Of a stretch of DNA of 64,000 nucleotides, positions 13,852 to 22,550 are shown piece by piece; positions within the stretch are counted from its first letter, which is position 1; each line of letters begins with the position of its first letter. Origin of the DNA: Minutocellus sp. GHC0000111 (taxonomy: Eukaryota); NCBI GenBank assembly GCA_977018835.1, contig OZ361260.1:1922001-1986000 (forward strand), in the 5' to 3' direction. The notes under the pieces are model-generated. The model ran no database searches. It saw only the letters and a list, made by a program, of their open reading frames with translations, and was not told where the DNA came from. A program made the translations under genes and the position numbers.

Positions 13852-13867
13852 TAGACCAATATAAAGT

Positions 13868-15032
13868 TCAGCCTCCTTCTTCATCACCATGGTCAGGCTC
13901 CAGAGACCTGTGGATATGAGCTCTTTTGCATGCCTCGTACAGCGTCATTTGTATAGCGAGCATCGGTACCACCGACACCAACCTTGGTTTGAGTCCACTG
14001 TACAAAGCCCGCGGTCCTTCCTGACGAATGATGTGAGCAAATCCGCCAGTGATTCCCATTCCATCGGGGAGACAGCCGGTGACTAGTCTCGTCTTGACAG
14101 TTTCGTAAGGCATTAGGATGCACACAGAAACACCACTCGCAACGCCACCCATAAAGGCATTCTCTTTGTTGCTTGCATCTCGATGAACGTAATGAAAGTG
14201 GGAACGCTTCAGATGCTGAAAGCAGCTCCAACTGATCGCATAGGCTGGCACCATACCAAATACGTGCGCCCATCCTCCTTTGTAATATGACTTCATCCCA
14301 CCTCTGGAGAGTGTTTGTATTGCTTGTGGAAGATTCTTAAATCCTGGAGTTCCCGCCATGATATTATCCATAATTACAGCGTGTGGTATGCTCAATAGGG
14401 AGCAAAGAGATGTAGCGACGGTGCTGGCAGCAAAATCTTTTTGTAGCGCCAGCGACGGCATTTTCTCTCTGATCACTGCTCTGAGTTTGCGACGTTTTAG
14501 CAAATATTGACCGAAATCGTTCCGAATCCATTGCTTTCCTTGTTTGCTCGAGTACAGCAAAATTCGCCGCGCCAAGAAATGATGATAGTATGAATTGGGC
14601 TCCTGCACCACGGAAGAGAATCTTCAATCCGCTCCCTGTCGTTGGGGAGAGCGATTGTGGTGCTGTCACTACTTTACGACCGCCCGATGGCGGTACTGTC
14701 AACACTCTGCTACCGCTCTGGGCAACATACAATCCTTCCAGTGCAGCTTCGGCTATCACTCTGTTTTGTCCTCTACCTTTTGTCTGGGCTAGAGTTTTAG
14801 CAGTATTTGCGGGATGGAGGAGAACCTTTGCTAATGAGCGTGATATGGCGCCACATATAAGGCTGCCATAGAAATCAAGGCACCGTTCGTTGGAAGGAGC
14901 GGCCGATTTCGTTGTGGCCGAGACTGTGCTACTTTGGCCGAATCCCCGCACGGGCAAAGAGATGGTGAGTAAGGAGTATAACAAGAAAATGTGTCGTATC
15001 CATCGATTGTTGCGGCACCTGCTCATCATCAT
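13868..15032 (-). pseudogene. Mitochondrial carrier family (SLC25) protein, SAM-carrier-like, with one frameshift
   Basis: Carrier signatures HPANTAKT and MPYETVKTRL, GPRALYSGLKPR. The two halves differ in frame at a T5 run near 14440 (GATK/DFAAS): pseudogene or homopolymer sequencing error. Confidence 0.75.
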
Positions 15033-15356
15033 TCTCGGTGGCGAGTTGAATTGAATGGCTACTCTCGTTTCTCTCTTGCTCTTGCTGAAATGATGAAGGC
15101 ATTGTTCTCGGATGTCATCGTCAGTTCGCAGAGGCAACGGGGCCGGTTCAAAATCTTCAACTGATCTTGTGCTGCTCGCATACGTACGAGTGCCGTACGT
15201 ACGAAGATACGCGACACGACGCGAAGTCGCAGCAGCGAGCGGCCAGCAGCAGCAGCGCAGAGCCCAAGGTGATGCCTACAGTACGCCTCGATGCCTTACA
15301 TGTATTTTCTGATCAGTGCATCATCATGGATGTTATGTTGGAAACGACTTCACGAC

Positions 15357-16805
15357 ATGGAGCAACAAGAAGAAGACACCGACGTGCCCTCGACGCTGTA
15401 TGATCTTGTACAGCGCGCTACCACGGACGAAGACTGGGCTCAGCTGGCATCTCTTGCCACCTCAACATTTCGAGACCTCGCCCGATATCAAAGCCCAAAG
15501 TCAGAGCGCAGTCGCACTCCCCTTCATGCTGCAGTCGCAAAGCATGCGCCTGTGGCCGCCGTTGCAGCCATTGTATCGGCCTATCCACAGGCTTGTCTTG
15601 TTGCAGATGCAGAGGGTTTGGTGCCACTGCACGTGGTTGCACTCAGTTCAGATAGTGCCTCAGCAACTGACCCTGCCAGTGTTGCTCAACTTTTGCTTGA
15701 GCGCGAACCGAACGCTGCTGTCACCCTCGACTGGTACGGCAATACCCCGCTTCACTTGGCAGCGCTCATGGGCGCCCGTCTTTCAATCGTTCAGGAAATA
15801 TGCCGAGTTGAACAGGCACGGGAGGCAAGCTTGATGCAGAACCACAGAGGAAATTGTCCAATTCATGATGCGGTAGATTTCCACCTCCCACTTCCGATCT
15901 TGCGGGTAATTCTGGATGTAACAAGACCAGAGGCTATGCTCAAGAAGAATAAAGAACGAATGAGTCCTCTTGCCTTGGCGTGTAGCCGGAGTAGTGATTT
16001 GGACGAATCCGCCATAAGACTTATTCTGGAGTATTTGTGCAAACATGGCATAGTGCAGGAGTGTCTTCAACAGCGGCACCTTGAAGGGTCATGTAGACCT
16101 CAATCAATGGGCCTCACTCCTTTTGGTTTTCTTTGCTTCAGTGCTCGAGAAAGAATCAATGAAGCCATCCGAGAGCTTTCTCACGGTGGATCTCTTCGCC
16201 AGGGACATACCTTTCAGCGCATCTGGTCGGTGTCTGTTATTATTCTGAACGCTTCTTTCAATGATGGCACAGGTATTGACCGCATCGATGCAAAGGGCCG
16301 GTCCAAATCGATAGTAAATGCATGCCTACGTCCCGAGCTCGGTGTATCAAACATTATGCAACGCCTCATTGTTTTGAGGCGCAGAAATCAACTTGTTCTT
16401 GTTGATGGAAATGGAAATATGCCCCTGCATCGCGCGTGTGCAAGGGCGTTACCCAGATCTTATACCGAAGGAGGTCCAATAGAATACTTGCTTGAGGGCA
16501 ACATAGAAGTAGCCAAAATCCCAAACGGCCAAGGAAAGCTCCCGATTGTCATTTTGGAAGAGAATGAGTGCTGTAGTTGGAAAGGTGGCATCCGCAGTCT
16601 TCTCTTTGCTTACCCTAAAGGTTTATTTGAACTCGATAGCATGGTGGCACCAATCTATCCTCATGTGTTTTCACTCATCATGAAAGAAGATGAGGAGAAG
16701 ATCAATTATGACTTTCGAGACCCCATATCTCGCAGAACATGTTTTGATATAGTTTTTGAATTATTGAGAGATTCGCCAGAGATTATTGGTGGTGACATAA
16801 CCTAA
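15357..16805 (+). CDS. Ankyrin-repeat protein
   Basis: Repeated TPLHAAV, GLVPLHVVA, GNTPLHLAA, GNCPIHDAV, GNMPLHRAC motifs. Confidence 0.9.
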   Translation: MEQQEEDTDVPSTLYDLVQRATTDEDWAQLASLATSTFRDLARYQSPKSERSRTPLHAAVAKHAPVAAVAAIVSAYPQACLVADAEGLVPLHVVALSSDSASATDPASVAQLLLEREPNAAVTLDWYGNTPLHLAALMGARLSIVQEICRVEQAREASLMQNHRGNCPIHDAVDFHLPLPILRVILDVTRPEAMLKKNKERMSPLALACSRSSDLDESAIRLILEYLCKHGIVQECLQQRHLEGSCRPQSMGLTPFGFLCFSARERINEAIRELSHGGSLRQGHTFQRIWSVSVIILNASFNDGTGIDRIDAKGRSKSIVNACLRPELGVSNIMQRLIVLRRRNQLVLVDGNGNMPLHRACARALPRSYTEGGPIEYLLEGNIEVAKIPNGQGKLPIVILEENECCSWKGGIRSLLFAYPKGLFELDSMVAPIYPHVFSLIMKEDEEKINYDFRDPISRRTCFDIVFELLRDSPEIIGGDIT

Positions 16806-16891
16806 AGATAATGAATATCTACATCAAAGTGGCATGTATGCCATGTTTATCGTTTACTTTTTTTGTGGGGGCTATTATTGCGAAAACTCTT

Positions 16892-17905
16892 TTAAGAACG
16901 AATTCCATATCCTAGCTCAGCGCCTCCACTTTGGATGTGGCCAACGCCCGTGGTGAATGTCATATCAGCAGCGATGCACAAGCAAAGGCGGCCCGTCTCC
17001 TCGATGGTACCTTTGCGACCCATACATTGGACTCGATCTCCAGCTTCGGCGGCAGCCACAGGATCGGCTTCTCCGTCGCTCCACGCCTTCCACAGCGGCG
17101 TCCAAATATTGCCTGGACTAACGGTGTTGACTCTGACACCATTCTTTGCCTCGTCGATGGCCAGGGCCTTGCTGAAGGCGGTCGTCGCACCCTTGGTGGC
17201 CGCATAGGTGACAGCCTCTGCCTGGCCGAACGCACCAACAAAGCTGCTCATGTTGATGATGTTGCCCTTGGTCTTTCGCAGATGCGGCAGTGCCTCCTTA
17301 CAAATGGCAAAGTAGCTGATGAAATTTAACTGGAACAAATCCTGCATGTCAGCAACGGAAAAGTCATCGATGGTGCCAGGCGGTGGGTGCCATCCAGCAT
17401 TATTGATGACGCAGTCCAGCCTACCGAACTCTTCAATGGTCTTTCGGACTACACTGATGCACTGGTCGACATCGGATACATCCGCTTGCACAAACACCGC
17501 TCGGCCAGAATGACGGTCGTTGGAGTTGAGTTCGGCCTCCAGCTCCTTGCTTTCGTCTACTTTCTTGTCACAGAATACGACGTTGGCACCCGCCGCCAGG
17601 AAGACACGGACGCAGCCCTCACCAATTCCCATGGCACCGCCCGATTTCATCGCCACCTTGCCAACGTATCGGCCCGCCAGCCCAACGGCGAAGGGCTCTA
17701 CCTCGGTCGAGACCGAGAGATCCGCAGCCGAGGGTTTGGCAACATCCTCTTGGCCAAAATCGGCAGGCAGAACGATGCGAGGAGGCGGCTCGGCGGCACG
17801 TCCACCCCCACCACCTCGTCCGTGGTAGCCCGTTGTGGCCTTGGAGGAGAGGATGGCATCGGCCGAGGCGTGATGCGTTTGGTGCTGGAATTGTTTGCTG
17901 CTCAT
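16892..17905 (-). CDS. Short-chain dehydrogenase/reductase, HSD17B14-like
   Basis: GGAMGIG Rossmann motif, NNAGWHPP, catalytic YAATK, VSPGNIWTPLW, GGAELGYG C-terminus. Confidence 0.9.
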   Translation of the reverse strand: MSSKQFQHQTHHASADAILSSKATTGYHGRGGGGGRAAEPPPRIVLPADFGQEDVAKPSAADLSVSTEVEPFAVGLAGRYVGKVAMKSGGAMGIGEGCVRVFLAAGANVVFCDKKVDESKELEAELNSNDRHSGRAVFVQADVSDVDQCISVVRKTIEEFGRLDCVINNAGWHPPPGTIDDFSVADMQDLFQLNFISYFAICKEALPHLRKTKGNIINMSSFVGAFGQAEAVTYAATKGATTAFSKALAIDEAKNGVRVNTVSPGNIWTPLWKAWSDGEADPVAAAEAGDRVQCMGRKGTIEETGRLCLCIAADMTFTTGVGHIQSGGAELGYGIRS

Positions 17906-18113
17906 GATCTGATGGTACTAGCTAGTAGTATCTCTGCTGTCAGCTCTGACTTGCGCTTGCTTTGTGGCGGGTGGCACGGTGTGGATTAAGAGGGCGCTGT
18001 CCATAATTTTCCCCGTTTTTAATCCCCCTTATTCTTATTTCTTATGACGAGCGAAGCATGACAAAAACTCGACCCCACCATGAGAATCGCCGCTCTGCCC
18101 CCTCTTCATTACG

Positions 18114-19343
18114 ATGAAGCGCAGCGCTGATAATAGTGCCGGCCCGGCCCACAACGCAGATACGCGGTTGCGGAAACTCAAGACAGATAACTCCGGTCGC
18201 CCGATTTTGCCTGTTGACAAGAAGAAAGAGAAGGCGGAGGACAAAGCGAAAGACGCCGTTACCGAGATACTGGAGGGCCTCGCCGTCACGTTGGAGAACG
18301 ACCCGAACGGACAAGGACGAGAATTATGGAACAATCCCGGCGTCGGCCATGCACTTCAACATCTTGTCAAAGCAGTCGAGGCTCGCGCTGATAAGTATCA
18401 TGTTCGGGATGATATTGATGTCGCTGCTGAGCGGCCCGGCCTCGTAGTTACCAACCTGTCCGTGGCTGATGTGAAGTTGAGGCTGACGGTCGGCATCGTC
18501 GATCAATTGCAAGATCCCATGTTTGACGCCGGACCTGAATTCTTCCCTATATTTCAACTTCATGGGAAACGGATCGATATTGGATCGGCTCTTGCTGCGC
18601 ACGGCCGACCTTTCAACACCACATCGCTTACTTTGCTTGATGGAAGCGGAAAGCTTATCGTCGCTCGTGTTGCCCTGACAATTACCGAAAAGGCCCGAAG
18701 TCTACAACAGGGCCATGTGATCAAATTGACAAAGTTCCACCGATGGCATGTGGCTCCATATGATGACATACACTCTACTGCTGGGATTGGACTAGTTGAT
18801 TTTGATATTGTTGGAATGGGCCAACTTCTGCAGGTAGATGGTGGGCCATCAGCAGCGATCAGATCGGACACGGATGCTCTTGTTGCGGCCGTTTGTGAGG
18901 AAGCCGACGATGATCCGACGGCAGCGCCGGAGGCAGACACATTCGGTAATTGGGACGAGACCAGAGAGAGGCCGCCAATACCCCCTGCTTGCTGCACTGC
19001 CGCCAACCGAAGCTGCTCAATGTACGGCACACTCTTCTTTCAGAAATGCGTCTGCGAAGAAATGCTGGTGCCGACGGAGGAGGACCTGGAGGATATCGCT
19101 GACAAATACTACGCAACCACCATGCCAGTCGAAGCCATGGCAAATAATTTGAAGAGGAACATGCTGTATTGGTACTATGCAACTGAGGTGTATCATGTGA
19201 GAGGTTGGCTTGATCGGAAGCCCTTGCCAACCTGTCTAGTCTTTTGCATTAGGTTCATTTATCCAAATGATAAAGGTGAACGATATGTTGGATTCATCCC
19301 TGGTCATCAAGATGAAGAGGAAGAAGAAGAGGAAAATGCATAA
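18114..19343 (+). CDS. KolX accessory protein with putative N-terminal RPA70N-like OB fold
   Basis: C-terminal C..C..CVCEEM...RKPLPTCLVFCIRFIYP...YVGF matches the KolX / P2X7-ballast-like motif from memory. Lies inside the TIRs, tail-to-tail with the transposase. Confidence 0.8.
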   Translation: MKRSADNSAGPAHNADTRLRKLKTDNSGRPILPVDKKKEKAEDKAKDAVTEILEGLAVTLENDPNGQGRELWNNPGVGHALQHLVKAVEARADKYHVRDDIDVAAERPGLVVTNLSVADVKLRLTVGIVDQLQDPMFDAGPEFFPIFQLHGKRIDIGSALAAHGRPFNTTSLTLLDGSGKLIVARVALTITEKARSLQQGHVIKLTKFHRWHVAPYDDIHSTAGIGLVDFDIVGMGQLLQVDGGPSAAIRSDTDALVAAVCEEADDDPTAAPEADTFGNWDETRERPPIPPACCTAANRSCSMYGTLFFQKCVCEEMLVPTEEDLEDIADKYYATTMPVEAMANNLKRNMLYWYYATEVYHVRGWLDRKPLPTCLVFCIRFIYPNDKGERYVGFIPGHQDEEEEEEENA

Positions 19344-19447
19344 TCATTACCTCAACACATGTAGATAACAAGAATGTGCGTAGCACGTGAGTAACAGCAC
19401 ACAATAAATCCATTTTTATTTACAGTGATAAAATATTTTGCACGTGT

Positions 19448-21970
19448 TTACAAGCTGCCATTTTCTCTCAGTATCGCCGGCATCCAAGAGCTAACATCAT
19501 TTGCCGATACACCGAAGTTTGTCTTAGCTTTCTTATTATTTCTTGCAGATTTCTTGTTGCTGCCTGGGCTTCTGCGCTTCTTTCCGGCGTAAACGACAAC
19601 GTCGTCAGCATCGTCGCATTGACATTCAGCCCGAGTGTGGCCAAGCTGCTTGCATTTCTGACACTGCTGGTCAATCTTCTTCTTGCGGCCAGGCTTTGCT
19701 GGTTTCGCCTTACCAGCAGCTAGGGCCCTGTTCTTCTTGTACACATAGTCCTTGTCGTCTTTCTCGCTTCTGTTTCGCAAGGCTGCTCGAAGGCGCTTGC
19801 TGTCGCTCTTGCTCTTTTTGTACTCATCGGTGCGCTTACGCGCAAGGTCGCCCTCGAGCTTCCGGTCAATTGCATCGAATCCATCTTTTCGGGTAGGAGA
19901 ATCCCTCGATCCCAACTTTCCAAGAACTCGCTCATTGAATTCCGTACCCAGTGACTTGTGGCCAGCGGCTCTACTTGTTGCATTTGGGTAGGCGTCTGAA
20001 GCAGTCAAATTCGGCCTTTTCCCCATCGTGAACTTCGTCACCATCCCGTTGAGCTGTTCGACGCCGGTGGTAGATTCCTTCTTGCAGTTGGAGTCGGCAG
20101 TATTCTTGTTGATTCTCTTGGTTATTTCAAGCGTCATCTTGCGAATCGTGTCGTCACTAATCTCCAACATGTCGCCATCGAATTGATTCCCCGAGCTCCA
20201 TTCCTCATCGAGCTTGCCATCACTCCAATCAGGATGAGCAATGCTGAGGCGAATCCAATCACACGTGTTGGTGGTGCAAAAAGTGTGAATGCCACATTGG
20301 TGACGAACGACGGACTGGAGTTCTTTCTGAAGGAGGGCCAGATGACTTTGTTTTTCCTCCTCGGACACAGCACCATCGGGCTGATCGAGAACGCTGTGCT
20401 TGTACCGATCAGCAATCTTCGAAATGTCCTGTTTCATCCGATTGATGCGTGGTCGGGGGATGGCATTAAAATTTTCAACTCCTTTGCATGCTTTTCGAAA
20501 GCCTGAGTCAATTGAATTGCTCAGATGATTAAAGTCACGGCAAAGCTCAACACCAGAAGCCAACTCATCACCTACTATGTCTTCCTGAGCGGCTGCTGCC
20601 CTGGCAATGCCTTTGCTGTCGCCATCGGCAACGTGCTTCTCAACGAAAAGAGGACACGCCTGCACGCTTCCTTCATCGTCGACCAGAAGATTCCGTCCAA
20701 CATTCTCGGCCAGATGCTCCTCTGCCACACCGGGGGAGTAGGAAGAGTTGCGATAGCAGAAGCCATCATGGTCGTACAGGGCCAGTGTCTCATCCTTGCT
20801 CATGTTTTTGAGCTCACTCGGCGTTGTTGGATTGCCGGCTTCCCGCCTCTCCCTCAATCTTGCATTGCAGGCTCTCACGCAATAGTGGCAGCTTGCCTGA
20901 GAGATTCCCTTGTCAACAACAAGGCCAGTTTCCTTGTCTACGGCAAATACCGCTGCAGCAGAGCCAGTGTAGCAATGGCCGTAGTCAGTCGCGTTTGAGG
21001 GCGCTGCCGTCTTGGGCCACCGCAACCACCGCCGCCGTGTGCATCTCGCCGCCTTGTTCAAACTCAACAGTCTTGCTGCTAGCGGCATGTGCTTTTGCCC
21101 TGTTCTCGTCAATGATTTCATCAGCTGCTTCAACAGCCGCTGCTCTGCATTTCTTTTCCACCTGTCGGGCATTCTTTTCGGTCGGATGGCCTTCGTGCAG
21201 AAACTCATGAAGCGACTTGCGCACATGGCCTCATCTTCCGCTGCCTCCATCAGCTCCAAGTTCATTCCAGCCTGACTTCTAGAATGCTTTCTGCCGGGGC
21301 ACACAACTTCTGACCTCTGGCCGATCCAAGTGCAAAAAGAAAAAGGTTGGTTGCATCTGTCGCATCGCCATTCAAATGTAACGCCGAATCCACGGCGAAC
21401 TGGCTCGGCCGAGAGACACAGATTGCCGCACGATCGGTGGAGATTCTGTGCGAAATCATGCAGCTGCTTCATCTCAACCACAATTCTTTTGCCGTTGAGC
21501 TGCACGCCGGTGATGTTGGGACGATCGGCAGCGTTGGCGGTGGGAGCAGATGACCGACCGACCGAAGAATTCTTGTCGGAACAACATTTCAGCGTCGCGT
21601 TGAGATGGGGCCCATGCTTTTCATCGTCCTGGAAGTAATTTTCAGGTGTGGTCGGCAGTGATCGCTTGCCATTGCGTTGAGAGCGTGGGCTGGCGTTGTC
21701 GGCTATTCTGGAGAAGCGGTAGAAGGGCTTTGCAACGTCAAGGCCTGATGTTTTCTCTGGACGTCGTCGTTGGATGTTGACCTCGTGTCGTGTTGGGACG
21801 TGTTGAAGAGATGATCGAACAAGAGAGATCTCTAAGCTCGGCGATGCGCCACCGCGCATCAAGATGCGGACAAGCTCATCAACAGTGCAGCAAGTACATC
21901 TGACGTCGTCTGGGAATGAGAGCAAGAGTGAGAGGATTGCCTCCTTAGCGTTAGCACGTGATGTTTCCAT
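19448..21970 (-). CDS. Kolobok (Mutator-like domain) DDE transposase, carrying two compensating frameshifts
   Basis: Motifs SCHYC, HDGFCYRN, ADGDSKG, ELCRDFNH, HQCGIHTFC...CDW, STTGVEQLNG and C-terminal knuckle CQKCKQLGHTRAEC. The first catalytic Asp motif (VAQDGSALKR) lies in another frame at 20985-21224. Confidence 0.85.
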   Translation of the reverse strand: METSRANAKEAILSLLLSFPDDVRCTCCTVDELVRILMRGGASPSLEISLVRSSLQHVPTRHEVNIQRRRPEKTSGLDVAKPFYRFSRIADNASPRSQRNGKRSLPTTPENYFQDDEKHGPHLNATLKCCSDKNSSVGRSSAPTANAADRPNITGVQLNGKRIVVEMKQLHDFAQNLHRSCGNLCLSAEPVRRGFGVTFEWRCDRCNQPFSFCTWIGQRSEVVCPGRKHSRSQAGMNLELMEAAEDEAMCASRFMSFCTKAIRPKRMPDRWKRNAEQRLLKQLMKSLTRTGQKHMPLAARLLSLNKAARCTRRRWLRWPKTAAPSNATDYGHCYTGSAAAVFAVDKETGLVVDKGISQASCHYCVRACNARLRERREAGNPTTPSELKNMSKDETLALYDHDGFCYRNSSYSPGVAEEHLAENVGRNLLVDDEGSVQACPLFVEKHVADGDSKGIARAAAAQEDIVGDELASGVELCRDFNHLSNSIDSGFRKACKGVENFNAIPRPRINRMKQDISKIADRYKHSVLDQPDGAVSEEEKQSHLALLQKELQSVVRHQCGIHTFCTTNTCDWIRLSIAHPDWSDGKLDEEWSSGNQFDGDMLEISDDTIRKMTLEITKRINKNTADSNCKKESTTGVEQLNGMVTKFTMGKRPNLTASDAYPNATSRAAGHKSLGTEFNERVLGKLGSRDSPTRKDGFDAIDRKLEGDLARKRTDEYKKSKSDSKRLRAALRNRSEKDDKDYVYKKNRALAAGKAKPAKPGRKKKIDQQCQKCKQLGHTRAECQCDDADDVVVYAGKKRRSPGSNKKSARNNKKAKTNFGVSANDVSSWMPAILRENGSL

Positions 21971-22550
21971 GGTTGTTTTTTTGTTTTGTGTCGGTTCTGG
22001 CGCAAGACACGCTTTTCGATGAGAACCTTACAAAAAGAACCCCAAATGAGGGAGACGTGCAAAAATACCCCAAACAAATATCCCCTTACCTCCCAACAGC
22101 AAAACTTCAAGATATCTTCCCACCAGCACCACCAATGCTGGTCATGCGTCGGCCGAGACTAATTTCGGTCGATCCGACGATGATGTGCACGTCGACCATT
22201 GCATTTCTGAGGGAGAGTTGATTCATCGAAGTTCCTCTGAACCAAGTGTTCCTGGAGGGATTTCCGACTTAATTCTGAAAGGAACGTCGATGACTCTTCG
22301 CCACTGTGGAGAGCGGCGGCCTTCGATGAGGAGCCCATTGTCGCGTTGGAGTGCTAACTTTGGCGATGGTGCGAAGAAGAAACGGCACAAAACACGCATT
22401 TTGGGGGCTTCCTAAAAGTTATGGACAGCGCCCTCTTAAGGTGGCAGATCCCCTTGAACACATGTAGATAACAAGAATGTGCGTAGCACGTGAGTAACAG
22501 CACACAATAAATCCATTTTTATTTACAGTGATAAAATATTTTGCACGTGT

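Larger units (their letters stand above)
17990..22435. mobile_element. Kolobok-superfamily DNA transposon (4,446 bp)
   Basis: TTAA on both sides (17986-17989, 22436-22439). 17-bp perfect TIR GAGGGCGCTGTCCATAA with RR...YY termini. Convergent KolX and transposase genes. Confidence 0.9.

Noticed and set aside
20997..21007. Internal GAGGGCGCTG match to the Kolobok TIR
   Set aside because: Only 10 bp, within coding sequence and without TTAA; likely chance.
17986..22439. piggyBac call from the TTAA duplication, or MULE call from the Mutator-like domain
   Set aside because: Termini are GA...TC rather than CC...GG, the TSD is 4 bp rather than 9-11, and a KolX-type gene is present.
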